Source of the DNA: an uncultured Gammaproteobacteria bacterium
GTDB lineage: Bacteria > Patescibacteriota > Microgenomatia > UBA8517
Assembly: GCA_964540475.1 (NCBI GenBank)
Contig: CAZIMC010000001.1
Coordinates: forward strand, 345,575-409,574
DNA length: 64,000 nucleotides
Reading direction: 5' to 3'
The position numbers and the translations under genes are program-made. This document shows positions 53,356 through 63,498 of this stretch, piece after piece (within the stretch, counting starts at the first letter, position 1; the number at the start of each line of letters is the position of its first letter). Below the pieces are notes generated by a model that saw only the letters and a program-made list of their open reading frames with translations, did not search any database and was not told the origin of the DNA.

Positions 53356-55227
53356 ATGATCGACGCCGAGCTTATTCATCAAATAAATACAACAAGAGGG
53401 ACATTGCCTGATTCGATAGGTATTCTCGGAAGATTTATATTTAATAAATCTCTTATAATCCCGTATCATTTTTTTGAAGTCGCAGAGTTACTTTATAGAA
53501 CCTTCTTCTTGATCGGAGTGGTGGCAATCATTGTCCTGTTAATTAAATACAACACATCAAAACAGGCAATGGTAAAAGAAAGATTTAAAAGTACTAAAAA
53601 ATATCTGACAATTTTAGCACTAATTATATTAATAGGATTTGGGCTTAGGTTTTATATGCTTGAGAAATACCCTGTCCACTTAGGTCATGACGAAGTTACC
53701 CAGTTGTATGATGCAATTTCCATAAAAGAAACAGGTAAAGATATTTATGGCAACAACTACCCCTTTATATTTAAGTCTGTAAATGATAATAAACCCCCCT
53801 TTTATACGTATATAACCATTCCTTCATTTATGATTTTCGGGTGGAGAGAGCTTGCAATAAGGTTTCCTGGAGCTATGTGTGGCACACTTCTAATACCGGT
53901 AATTTTTTATTTCGTCTACAAATTTACCCACAATTACAGATACGGCCTAGCTGCTTCACTTTTTACGGCAATCGCTCCATTCGAGGTTATTTACTCAAGA
54001 AAAAGTTTTGAAAATCAGGCTGGTATTTTACTGACACTTTTGGGGATTTCTCTAGTAAAAACGTATATAGATAACCCCAAAAAGCGCCTTACATTTTATA
54101 TTGGAACAGCTACTATTGCGCTAGCGGCTTATACATATTTCTCGCATGCGATATTGATTCCGTTTCTTTATGTAGCTTTTTTGTTTTTGTACAAAAATGA
54201 AATAGGAAAAGAGTTCAAAAAAGGCCTGGTTTTGTTACTGCTATTATTGGCCCCTCTATATTATCTGATATCAATAACTCCGCAGGCCACACAAAGGAGT
54301 CGTGACGTGAGTTTAATTAAGGACCCGAAAGTTGCAAACGATCTGGCTAATGTAAGTGGTACAAGCTTTGAGGCAATAAAAGTGCCCTTTATATACATTA
54401 GCCATGCTTACTCGCGGGTTCTGAACAATTTAAGCCCGACGTTTTTATTCGTGAATGGCATGGATCTGACTAATTATGATTTTATAGACGTTGGTCCACT
54501 GTACGCGTTTCAATTGCCTCTGATGCTTCTGGGGGGATTATACCTTATTAGAAAGGGAGGAAAGTTTAGCGCACTTCTAATTCTCATCGGCACCCTATCA
54601 TTTTTGCCGGCGATTTTAACTTTCGAAAACTATTCACCACATCGAATTATTGCAGTATTTAGTATGTTAAATATTGTAAGCGCAGTAGGGCTAGTACGTT
54701 TAATAAAGATATTGAATCAGTTTTCTTTAGTGAAACGATCCATTATGTTAGGTGCACTTGGTGTGCTAGCTGTTTATAGTATGTTCTACGTAGCATTGAT
54801 TTACACTTTCCAGAATCCTACAGAAAAGTCTCACTTCCTGCACTACCCGTTTAAACAGGTGGCACAAAGTGCGTGGGAAAATTACGGCGAATATGACAGA
54901 ATAATCTTCGATCCTTCATTTGGTCTAGAACAACCGTTTATAGGTACAGGTTCCCAGTACTACCTGGCATTCTACGGGCACCTACCTCCTCAGGTGCTTC
55001 AAACTGAGTACCGTATGGGTGACGAAACCAAACGCGAAACTCTGTTTGGTAAGTTTTCGGTTAAAGCTTTGTTCTGGCCGGATGATAGAAAGGTAAGAAA
55101 CGCTCTAGTAATAGCAAGCCCTTGGTCAATTTCAAGAGACAGTTTCGATGACAGTCAGCTTATTAAAGAAATTAAATACTATAATAGCAATATAACTGCC
55201 TTTTACGTTGTTGGGACAGATGAATGA
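53356..55227 (+). CDS. ArnT/PMT-like GT-C membrane glycosyltransferase (family A)
   Basis: 'GHDEVTQLYDAISIKETGKDIYGNNYPFIFKSVNDNKPPFYTYI' aligns block-for-block with the paralogs at 56290, 61855 and 63498. It has about 12 TMs plus a C-terminal soluble domain. Confidence 0.6.
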   Translation: MIDAELIHQINTTRGTLPDSIGILGRFIFNKSLIIPYHFFEVAELLYRTFFLIGVVAIIVLLIKYNTSKQAMVKERFKSTKKYLTILALIILIGFGLRFYMLEKYPVHLGHDEVTQLYDAISIKETGKDIYGNNYPFIFKSVNDNKPPFYTYITIPSFMIFGWRELAIRFPGAMCGTLLIPVIFYFVYKFTHNYRYGLAASLFTAIAPFEVIYSRKSFENQAGILLTLLGISLVKTYIDNPKKRLTFYIGTATIALAAYTYFSHAILIPFLYVAFLFLYKNEIGKEFKKGLVLLLLLLAPLYYLISITPQATQRSRDVSLIKDPKVANDLANVSGTSFEAIKVPFIYISHAYSRVLNNLSPTFLFVNGMDLTNYDFIDVGPLYAFQLPLMLLGGLYLIRKGGKFSALLILIGTLSFLPAILTFENYSPHRIIAVFSMLNIVSAVGLVRLIKILNQFSLVKRSIMLGALGVLAVYSMFYVALIYTFQNPTEKSHFLHYPFKQVAQSAWENYGEYDRIIFDPSFGLEQPFIGTGSQYYLAFYGHLPPQVLQTEYRMGDETKRETLFGKFSVKALFWPDDRKVRNALVIASPWSISRDSFDDSQLIKEIKYYNSNITAFYVVGTDE

Positions 55228-56312
55228 AAATTAATTTAAAGCCGGTGTTACTCATATATCTTCTTTTTGCCACGATTAGGATTTTTGCGTTTCAACACCT
55301 TCCTTTATACGACATTTGGGGAGGGGGACTTTACCCGACGACGTTTGATATTTTGCCGGCTGGCTACAAATTAATAACAGTAATTATTTTGGATCATGCC
55401 AACATCCTATTGATGTATTTTCTTGGCCTAGTTTATTTTAATAGAAAAACGGCACTTATAAGCAGTTTGATATATGCAATCTCTATGGGCCCTTTATATT
55501 ATATTCTCGGCAACCTTGTGGTTGTGGGTTTAGTGTCTTTTTGTTCACTACTTCTTATTTCGATTAAAAAATTTGATGCTAACATTTGTTACAAAGTATC
55601 TGCATTAGTGTCCATTTTATTGCTTGCTTGTATATCCTTAAAAGCATTCTTGTTTGGCTTGCTCGCAGTCTTGACTTTGTTAAAAGGTAATGCTCTTCTT
55701 AAGATAGGTTTATTTGTATTCGGTGTTGTTGTCTGGAGTACTTTTCTTAGACAGGAGTTTTCAGGTACTGTAATTCGTGAGGATTTTTATTATTTGGTTG
55801 ATATTGGGATAGTAAACGACGTGAATGAGTTTCGGGGAATACTATTATCCGAGAAGTTCTCAGTTGTATCAAAATTAATAGACAATAAATATTTCTATAT
55901 GATACGTTTTGCGATAATAAATGCTTTTCGTAATTTAATTCCGGTACATTTTTTTACAGCACAAACTAAGATGTTGGGGTTTTCAAATAACCTTCCTATA
56001 TACACAGTACTGCTTGCACCTTTATGTTATTCGATCTATTTGTTACTGCCTAAAATAAAACCAAAGCAGTGGCTAGCCTTATTGGCTTTATTGCCGCTTG
56101 CCTTCTCATCTTTCAATGAAATAAACCTTTTACTTATATTTCCAATTTTCGCAGTTTTAATTGCCAACGGTTTAGTGAGACTTGGATCCAATAAAAAACT
56201 ATTGATTACTGTAGTAGCAATACTGGCCATACAGGTTCTTGTTTCATTTTCAGAAATTTCTACCCGGGAACCAGAAAGGTATAAAGATTATGTCCAAACA
56301 AAAAATTTCTAA
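55224..56312 (+). CDS. Polytopic membrane protein, unknown family
   Basis: This 362-aa ORF has about 10 TMs and overlaps its neighbours at both ends. Confidence 0.4.
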   Translation: MKINLKPVLLIYLLFATIRIFAFQHLPLYDIWGGGLYPTTFDILPAGYKLITVIILDHANILLMYFLGLVYFNRKTALISSLIYAISMGPLYYILGNLVVVGLVSFCSLLLISIKKFDANICYKVSALVSILLLACISLKAFLFGLLAVLTLLKGNALLKIGLFVFGVVVWSTFLRQEFSGTVIREDFYYLVDIGIVNDVNEFRGILLSEKFSVVSKLIDNKYFYMIRFAIINAFRNLIPVHFFTAQTKMLGFSNNLPIYTVLLAPLCYSIYLLLPKIKPKQWLALLALLPLAFSSFNEINLLLIFPIFAVLIANGLVRLGSNKKLLITVVAILAIQVLVSFSEISTREPERYKDYVQTKNF

Positions 56313-57969
56313 CCAGCTAATTACGGTTATATTATTAGGAATAATATCGATATCCATTTTTGTCAGATTCTATAAATTAGGAAGCTATCCGACTGGTCTG
56401 AACGTGGATGAGGTTGCATTTGGATATAATGCCTATTCGATTCTTGAAACAGGTAGAGATGAAAATGGGAACTTTATGCCTTTGTTATTTGAGTCCTATG
56501 GTGATTACAAGCCCCCCGTATATGTCTACCTAACTGTTTTGCCAGTTAAAATATTTGGATTAAATGAGTTTTCTGTACGCTTTATGTCTGCAATACTTGG
56601 GGTTGCAACGGTATTTGTGTCCTACTTTTTCTTTACTGAATTGACAGAAAACAAAAGAACAGGGTTGTTGGCTTCTTTTTTGTTAGCAATATCGCCATGG
56701 CATGTATTTTATTCACGATTGGGAATGGAGGCGCAGCCGGCCAACTTCCTGGTTTTTACGGGAATGTACTTTTTATACCGGCTTTCGCGTAATGGTGGAA
56801 TAATTAATGCATTTATTGCTGCCTTATTAATAGTAGCATCCATGTATACCTATCATTCAGAGAAGCTTTTTGCCCCGCTCATTGTAATGGCATTTTTGTT
56901 AATTAGTTTCAAAAAGTTGGTGAAATTCAAAAAAGACATTTTAGTCTTTCTAGTTCTCTGCGTAATGCTTTCTGCTCCATTAATAATTAATTTTATTTTT
57001 GGTAATGATAGTGCGCGGGCAGAAACACAGTTTATGACAAAGGACCCAGCATTTGAGAGATTCATTTTTTCGTCATTACCCGAAGCAAACGCGTGGATGG
57101 TGGCCCTAAGTAACAAATATATATTAATGTTTTACTATGCTGTTCGAAAATTTCTTTCATTTTTTGATCCTCAGTTTATATTTTCAAATGGTCTGAATTT
57201 AACCAAAGATGGCACATTAGGCTTGGGAATTGTGTACCTGTTTGAACTGCCCCTAGTTGTCTTGGGTATATATTCATTAATATACAAAAAATATAAGGAT
57301 AAGTTTTTTATTGGCATTTGGATATTATTAGGATTGATACCCGCATCCATAACTATTGGTGAATACCACACAATTCGTACACTTATGTTGGCTCCAATTG
57401 CTAGCTTAATATCAGCGGTGGGTGCGATGCACTTAGTGGAGCTGCTTGGTAAGCAAAAGAGAATATTTACTATATCTCTTTATGTCCTTTTTACAATTTT
57501 TGCAAGCTGGAATTTGATATATGCCGCAGTTGTATACTTTAAATATTATCCCCATCAAAGAGGCGAGTGGTACATGGAAGGAACAAGAGAAATAATAAGT
57601 TATGTCATTGAAAATTATGACAAATATGAAGAAGTAGTTTTTGATCCATCCCGTGGCCTGACTGGGCCATACACAATTGGTGTTCCGCACGAATACTTTT
57701 TATTCTATTCTAAATTTGATCCAGAAAAGTACCACCAACTTACAAAATTTTCTAACGAAGGAGCATTCACGTTTGATAAATTTACGGTAAGACACATAGA
57801 TTGGCAAACTGAAGACCCCAAAAAAAACATTTTGTACGTTGGAAGCCCTTGGGGGCTACCTGACGAATCAAATGAAAACGCCGAAGTCTTAAAAAAGGTT
57901 TATTTAACCAACGGAGGACTGGCGTTGTTGGCAGTGAGGACAAAGACGGATGATACCAGTAATAAGTAG
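56290..57969 (+). CDS. ArnT/PMT-like GT-C membrane glycosyltransferase (family A)
   Basis: 'NVDEVAFGYNAYSILETGRDENGNFMPLLFESYGDYKPPVYVYL' is the first-loop DE motif. The track ORF begins at 56239, and the internal Met at 56290 (MSKQKISNQ) reduces the overlap with the upstream gene. Confidence 0.6.
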   Translation: MSKQKISNQLITVILLGIISISIFVRFYKLGSYPTGLNVDEVAFGYNAYSILETGRDENGNFMPLLFESYGDYKPPVYVYLTVLPVKIFGLNEFSVRFMSAILGVATVFVSYFFFTELTENKRTGLLASFLLAISPWHVFYSRLGMEAQPANFLVFTGMYFLYRLSRNGGIINAFIAALLIVASMYTYHSEKLFAPLIVMAFLLISFKKLVKFKKDILVFLVLCVMLSAPLIINFIFGNDSARAETQFMTKDPAFERFIFSSLPEANAWMVALSNKYILMFYYAVRKFLSFFDPQFIFSNGLNLTKDGTLGLGIVYLFELPLVVLGIYSLIYKKYKDKFFIGIWILLGLIPASITIGEYHTIRTLMLAPIASLISAVGAMHLVELLGKQKRIFTISLYVLFTIFASWNLIYAAVVYFKYYPHQRGEWYMEGTREIISYVIENYDKYEEVVFDPSRGLTGPYTIGVPHEYFLFYSKFDPEKYHQLTKFSNEGAFTFDKFTVRHIDWQTEDPKKNILYVGSPWGLPDESNENAEVLKKVYLTNGGLALLAVRTKTDDTSNK

Positions 57970-57988
57970 GTGTATGATTATCTAAATT

Positions 57989-58732
57989 ATGAAAAAGCCC
58001 AGAATTGTTATAGTTATGCCTGCTTACAATGCCGCCAAAACGGTTAACGATACATACAAAGAGATCCCGCAGGAATACCGGAAAAACATAATTCTTGTTG
58101 ATGACCAAAGCACTGATAACACTGTAACGCTAGCAAAAAAACTTGGTTTTAAAGTTTTTACACATCCAAACAATTTGGGCTATGGGGGAAACCAGAAAAC
58201 ATGCTATTGGGAAGCAATGAAGCTAAACCCGGATGTGGTGGTTATGCTCCATCCTGATTACCAGTATGATGCTAGCCTAATGGGCGAGCTTATTCGGCCG
58301 ATTATTCAAGGAAGGTATGATTTTATGTTTGGAAGCAGAATTTCAAGCAAAAAGGGAGCTTTAGAGGGCGGGATGCCGCCTCTTAAATATTATGTTAACA
58401 GGATTGTCTGTCTGATCCAAAACATACTTTTAGGGACTAATTTTACAGAATTTTTTTCAGGTTATCGTGCATACTCTAAAGCCCTCCTAAAGAAGGTTCC
58501 TTTCCAGAGATTCTCAAATGACTTTGTGTTTGATCAGGAAATGACAATTTCTGCCTTAAGTTATGGTTTAAGGATTGGAGAGGTTGCGATCCCTACAAGG
58601 TATCACGAAAAAGCATCTTCAATAGGTTTTCTTAAGGGCGCGAAATTCGTGTTTGACAGTTTTGTTGTGATTGCCAATTACTATATGTATCGGATGGGGG
58701 TTACACGCGACAGACGGTTTGGTAGAGATTAA
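57989..58732 (+). CDS. Family 2 glycosyltransferase (DPM1-like?)
   Basis: It has 'IVIVMPAYNAAKTV', 'ILVDDQSTDNT', 'NLGYGGNQK' and 'LHPDYQYD'. It lies upstream of a GT-C gene, as in the other GT2/GT-C pairs. Confidence 0.65.
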   Translation: MKKPRIVIVMPAYNAAKTVNDTYKEIPQEYRKNIILVDDQSTDNTVTLAKKLGFKVFTHPNNLGYGGNQKTCYWEAMKLNPDVVVMLHPDYQYDASLMGELIRPIIQGRYDFMFGSRISSKKGALEGGMPPLKYYVNRIVCLIQNILLGTNFTEFFSGYRAYSKALLKKVPFQRFSNDFVFDQEMTISALSYGLRIGEVAIPTRYHEKASSIGFLKGAKFVFDSFVVIANYYMYRMGVTRDRRFGRD

Positions 58733-58737
58733 CTTTC

Positions 58738-59184
58738 CTACTTTCCTAAAGCTGCAATCCTTGCTTCATTCTGATCGAAGAAGTTATTTAGATAGTCAAT
58801 ATTGGTTTTCAGGTAAAGCTCATTCATTAACGCCCTAGCCTGTAGCTGGCGAATCCTTGCTTTTTCCAGGTGTTTGTAAGCGAGCTTAACATGCCCTTTT
58901 TCTTTCATTATAGTAGCCTCGGTGATCCTTTTTGATGATATGGTCAAGTGCCAATATGCCCAGTCTTCCTCACCCAGTACAAATAGTGAGGTGAAGCTTT
59001 CTCTGCCGACTTTAAGTAGATGCAAGGGTGAAAGAGACACCGCGCCTAATCCATGAACGACTGCTGTGTAGATAAGTATTAAAAACATAGCGATAACGCC
59101 AAATTTCCTTTTGTGTAGCATGGCCATTCTGTCCATGTTAACATAGGTTATCATGTTATTCACCATACTTCTGGCCTTATTCAC
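58738..59184 (-). CDS. Hypothetical small membrane protein
   Basis: This 148-aa minus-strand ORF has one TM ('FGVIAMFLILIYTAVVHGLGAV') and a helical C-terminus. It overlaps the start of the next + strand gene by about 30 nt. Confidence 0.3.
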   Translation of the reverse strand: MNKARSMVNNMITYVNMDRMAMLHKRKFGVIAMFLILIYTAVVHGLGAVSLSPLHLLKVGRESFTSLFVLGEEDWAYWHLTISSKRITEATIMKEKGHVKLAYKHLEKARIRQLQARALMNELYLKTNIDYLNNFFDQNEARIAALGK

Positions 59185-60712
59185 CTCAGTTAGGGCTTAT
59201 GGGCTTCTTGAATATCCAATTTACTTAGATGAAGGTGTTTATATCTGGTGGGCATACCTTTTCAATATTGATAGTAACTTTGCCTATAATTCTATGCAGG
59301 ATGGGAAAACGCCACTTTTTATTTGGCTGACTGCAGCACTTCATGAATATGTAAAACCCTACATTCTCTCGGGGAGATTGATTTCAGTTTTCTCAGGCGC
59401 AATAAGTGCAATTGCCTGGCTGTCAATCTTCAAGCTGGCTTTTAAAAAATCCAGTATATTTTGGCCGTTTGTAATATTTATAGTTGCCCCGTACGCGTTA
59501 TTTGTTGAGAGGATGGCGTTTGTTGACAGCCTTCTTGTTGCTTGCGGAAGTCTGTCTATCCTTTTCTTTTACGCTAGCAGCAGATTTGTGGATTCACGGC
59601 GATATAGGCTTTCTTTATTAGCAGCTTCTGTAGCTGGAGTGTTTTTAGGGCTTTCCTACTTGACCAAAACTTCCGCAGTAGCTTTTTTGTACGCAACCTT
59701 TGCAGTCGGTACGCTTTGGGTTATAAGAAAGCTATGTTTAAGAAAGTATCTGGAGTCAGCTTTTTTGGTGGTTAACACAATTATCTTGTATTTGGTGTAC
59801 AACGAGTTTCTGGTGGCTCTAAGGGTTGCTGCACATCGATTTGATAATGTCGGAGTAAAAGAAGCTGGATTGACGTATACGTTGCCTGAAATATTGTCTA
59901 GTTTAACTACTGCCGCAGGGAGTAAGATTTACCTATCTTCCTTGAATGTGGTTTCTCAATATTTTGTGGTTTATTTGAGCAGTTTTTTGCTACTTTTTTT
60001 GTTGGGTGGGGTCTTGATAGTGAGATACCATAGGAAATCCGCCTGGATTCTGCTTTACATGCTAGTGATTTTTGTTGGCACTTTTCTTTCAGCCAAAGTT
60101 ACTGCTACTCGCTATTTTTATCCGGTAGTTCCTTCGATAATTATTATTGCCGGCTTTGGGGCTGGGTGGCTTTGGGAAAGAAGGGACAAAGCGCTGAGAG
60201 TAATGCTAATTGCTGCATTCTTTCTACCTGTCTACCAAGCGGCTCGGGTTGTTGTCGATCCAGTAAATGCAACTCACGCTTCTCATGAGCAAAACTTCGT
60301 GTCTTCGGATCTTACCGCGATTGGGCTAAGCGAAGTAATACAAATTTTACATGATACTGCTGATCAGTCAGTTGTGGGTGTAGTTGGTGTTTGGGGGATA
60401 GGAGATGGGGCAGCACTTACTTTGAATGAGGCGGGAATGGAGGCGTACCCTGTAAACCTTTTCGTATTTGAAGGTCCAGGTCGCGAAGGTAGTTGTACGT
60501 TTGAAAAGAAAAAGATTGGTGATGTCTGTTATCAACTGACTATCGACCGAATAATTGATAGCACAAAACCTAATAAGTATTTGTATATCGTACCCAGGAA
60601 TGTTGACTTATCAGTTTTAAGGCAGCTTATTGATTTTGAGCTGGTAAGGGAGTTTGAGAGACCTATGAGTGATGCACGCGTTTACTTGCTAAGGCTGCAC
60701 GGAACTCCTTAA
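59153..60712 (+). CDS. ArnT/PMT-like GT-C membrane glycosyltransferase
   Basis: 'IYLDEGVYIWWAYLF...MQDGKTPLFIWLT' parallels 'IFADEAIYIRWAQ...SDGKQPLFMWVM' of the ORF at 36211. It is 519 aa with a C-terminal soluble domain. Confidence 0.55.
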   Translation: MLFTILLALFTSVRAYGLLEYPIYLDEGVYIWWAYLFNIDSNFAYNSMQDGKTPLFIWLTAALHEYVKPYILSGRLISVFSGAISAIAWLSIFKLAFKKSSIFWPFVIFIVAPYALFVERMAFVDSLLVACGSLSILFFYASSRFVDSRRYRLSLLAASVAGVFLGLSYLTKTSAVAFLYATFAVGTLWVIRKLCLRKYLESAFLVVNTIILYLVYNEFLVALRVAAHRFDNVGVKEAGLTYTLPEILSSLTTAAGSKIYLSSLNVVSQYFVVYLSSFLLLFLLGGVLIVRYHRKSAWILLYMLVIFVGTFLSAKVTATRYFYPVVPSIIIIAGFGAGWLWERRDKALRVMLIAAFFLPVYQAARVVVDPVNATHASHEQNFVSSDLTAIGLSEVIQILHDTADQSVVGVVGVWGIGDGAALTLNEAGMEAYPVNLFVFEGPGREGSCTFEKKKIGDVCYQLTIDRIIDSTKPNKYLYIVPRNVDLSVLRQLIDFELVREFERPMSDARVYLLRLHGTP

Positions 60713-61832
60713 TAGCAACAAGAAAAGGTAAAGCAGCAAAAAAGATTAGACTAGCACTTTGCCCGTAAGACGACCAGTATCCGCTGCCGACAAAGTTTAT
60801 ATATTTATTAATAATAAGCAAAAAATGGGAGACGAAGATTAAACATAGTGAGGTCATTTTTAGTTTGGCAAAAGGTAGTGCGAGGTATATCCAAGTAAAA
60901 TACCATGCTTGTGAACTTGCATACTTTAATCCCAGAGAGAAAAGCAATATCAGGACAGCAAATTTGAAAAATACCTCTTTCTTCTCTATGATAAAAAACA
61001 CAGGGAAAAGCAGTAAGCTTATAAATTTTGTGAGGACAGACGTCATAAAAATAATAAATGCAGCTAGCTTTTTGTTTCTCAAAAACAGAAAGTAGGATAA
61101 TACAAACAGTCCGATCATTAGTGTTTCGTTGTGAGCATTTACTAAAAGTTCAAATATAAGTAGGGGATTAAAAAACCACAATCCGAAAACCAATCTATTA
61201 TTTAATATTCTAAAGAGCAGAAATCCTGTTACAAAAAAGACGATTCCGTTTAGAAGTTTAGTTGCAAGAAGTACGGTTATCAGTTTACCCGCTGAAAAGA
61301 TGGCAAGAGGTATGGTTGAATAAATTAAAGCAACCGGTCCGTAGACATACGGCTTATGTGTCCAAAGAACAAAGTTCAACCAGGAGTCGTGCTCACGAAG
61401 TACTTCCGGTATGACGATGTAAGGGTTTAGTTTATACACCCAGGCCATTTTGGCAGAGAAGACATAGCTGTAAATGTCACTGGACAAAAATGGATATGAC
61501 AGGCTGCCGACAATGGTAACTATCGCTGCTGCAATAAACATCCATTTCATTGAAGGTTTTTTTGAAAGGAGCGCGTAAGCCTGGAGGGCAAACAAGACGG
61601 TTATTAATGCGATAAATAACCGCCTGAACAAATGCCGGTTGTAGATCATAAAGGCGCGGTAAGTATCAATCGCAAGAACCTGAGGATGTGATTCTGATAT
61701 GACTGTCATCAGTCCGTGATCAAACCAGGCGTAGGAGAACACTAAAAGAGCTAAAGAGACAAAGGATACGAAAATGACAAATAGCATCGTATTTATAATG
61801 TTAGACTCTATCAGTTTACTTGACAATGGCAA
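60663..61832 (-). CDS. Polytopic membrane protein, GT87/DUF2029-like putative mannosyltransferase
   Basis: This 389-aa ORF has about 11 TMs. The loop 'SSDIYSYVFSAKMAWVYKLNPY' resembles the conserved Asp-containing first loop of PimE/GT87-type enzymes. It shows convergent 3' overlap with 59153-60712. Confidence 0.45.
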   Translation of the reverse strand: MPLSSKLIESNIINTMLFVIFVSFVSLALLVFSYAWFDHGLMTVISESHPQVLAIDTYRAFMIYNRHLFRRLFIALITVLFALQAYALLSKKPSMKWMFIAAAIVTIVGSLSYPFLSSDIYSYVFSAKMAWVYKLNPYIVIPEVLREHDSWLNFVLWTHKPYVYGPVALIYSTIPLAIFSAGKLITVLLATKLLNGIVFFVTGFLLFRILNNRLVFGLWFFNPLLIFELLVNAHNETLMIGLFVLSYFLFLRNKKLAAFIIFMTSVLTKFISLLLFPVFFIIEKKEVFFKFAVLILLFSLGLKYASSQAWYFTWIYLALPFAKLKMTSLCLIFVSHFLLIINKYINFVGSGYWSSYGQSASLIFFAALPFLVAIKEFRAALASKRVHHS

Positions 61833-61854
61833 ACTGCTACCATTCTTTTAGGTA

Positions 61855-63498
61855 ATGAAAAGGGCCCATTTACTTCTGTTTTTGATCGTACTGGCCGCAT
61901 TCTTTTTGAGATTTTGGCGGGTAGTTGAGATTCCCCCCTCACTTAATTGGGATGAGGTATCAATTGGATATAACGCCTATTCAATACTAGAGACTGGTAG
62001 GGACGAATGGGGTGAGTTTATGCCACTTCACTTTAGGTCTTTTGGTGAATACAAACTACCTGCGCAAATATATGCTTCCATTCCGGGAATATTTGTTTTT
62101 GGCTTAAACGAATTTGGCTTAAGAATTACACCCGTATTTTACGGAACCCTAACGGTTTTTTTACTCTATTTTCTTGCTAAAAAAATTACAAAAAATACAG
62201 CGGTTGGTTTATTATCTGCATTTTTCCTTGCTGTATCCCCCTGGCATATTCAGCTAACTAGAGCATCCTTTGAATCTTCTTTTTCTGTTTTTTGGGTGGC
62301 TTTGGGGTTGCTCCTACTTGTTAGGGGTTTTGAAAAGCCTAAGTACTGGATACTTTCTGCGCTACCTTTTGCAATTGCTGTTTATACGTATAATAGTGCT
62401 CGCGTGTTTGTGCCACTTTTTGCGGCGATAACTTTTTTAGTATACAGGAAAGAATTTTTAAAATTCAAAAAAGAAACGCTCTTTACAATATTATTTTTTG
62501 GAATACTCCTTTTACCACTTGTCCCATTCGTTTTAAGCGGTGAGGCTGGCGCACGTTATAAACTAGTAAGTATTACTGATGAAGCGGGGCTTGTACCCCG
62601 CATTAATGAAAGAAGAGGGGCAACGAACTTACCTGCACCTTTGCCAAGACTTATACATAACAAAGTAACTTATGTTTCATTTTATTTTGCTAAAAATTAT
62701 TTGGCCCACTTTTCGCCGGACTTTCTTTTTGTAAGCGGTGCCGGACACAGTCAGCATCATGTGCAAAATATTGGACAGCTATACCTTATCCAAGCACCCT
62801 TTTTAATAATTGGGCTACTGGCATTGCGTAAAACCAATAATAAATTTTTAGCTCTTATTGTTGGTTGGATCTTGTTAACTTTTGTACCAGTGGCGGCCAC
62901 TCAAGACAGCATTCCTAACGCCTTAAGAACTGTCATTGCCGCCCCTGCATATCAAGTATTAACAGCGCTCGGCATTGTATTTATTGCCGAAAAATATAAA
63001 GACAAGAAAAGCGTGTTGTATACCCTTTTCGGAATTGCCGCTATTTTATTTGCTTTTAGTTTTGCAAAGTATATAAATAATTTGTACTACAATTACCCGA
63101 TAAAATACTCCCGTGACTGGCAGTATGGCAACAAACAAGTAGTTCAGTTAATTAAAGAGCATTACAACGATTATGATCTGATTGTATATACCCGACACTA
63201 CGGCGAGCCACATATATTTACGTTATTTTATCTGGGGTGGGACCCGGAAATGTTACAGAAAGATTCCCAACTAGTTAGATATGAAACACACGACTGGGTG
63301 TGGGTCGAAAATTTTGATAAGTTTTATTTCCCCAATTTGTCCGACAAAGGTACGGGATATCTTGATATAGTAGCCCAAAACTCCGGGAAACGCATACTTT
63401 TTATCGGCAGACCTGGTGATTTTGGGAACGAGAAGAAATTATATGAGATAGACTTTTTAAATGGAGAACCTGCTTTTGAGTTAATAGAAGTACTATGA
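61855..63498 (+). CDS. ArnT/PMT-like GT-C membrane glycosyltransferase (family A)
   Basis: 'NWDEVSIGYNAYSILETGRDEWGEFMPLHFRSFGEYKLPAQIYA' is near-identical in pattern to the ORF at 56290. It is 547 aa. Confidence 0.6.
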   Translation: MKRAHLLLFLIVLAAFFLRFWRVVEIPPSLNWDEVSIGYNAYSILETGRDEWGEFMPLHFRSFGEYKLPAQIYASIPGIFVFGLNEFGLRITPVFYGTLTVFLLYFLAKKITKNTAVGLLSAFFLAVSPWHIQLTRASFESSFSVFWVALGLLLLVRGFEKPKYWILSALPFAIAVYTYNSARVFVPLFAAITFLVYRKEFLKFKKETLFTILFFGILLLPLVPFVLSGEAGARYKLVSITDEAGLVPRINERRGATNLPAPLPRLIHNKVTYVSFYFAKNYLAHFSPDFLFVSGAGHSQHHVQNIGQLYLIQAPFLIIGLLALRKTNNKFLALIVGWILLTFVPVAATQDSIPNALRTVIAAPAYQVLTALGIVFIAEKYKDKKSVLYTLFGIAAILFAFSFAKYINNLYYNYPIKYSRDWQYGNKQVVQLIKEHYNDYDLIVYTRHYGEPHIFTLFYLGWDPEMLQKDSQLVRYETHDWVWVENFDKFYFPNLSDKGTGYLDIVAQNSGKRILFIGRPGDFGNEKKLYEIDFLNGEPAFELIEVL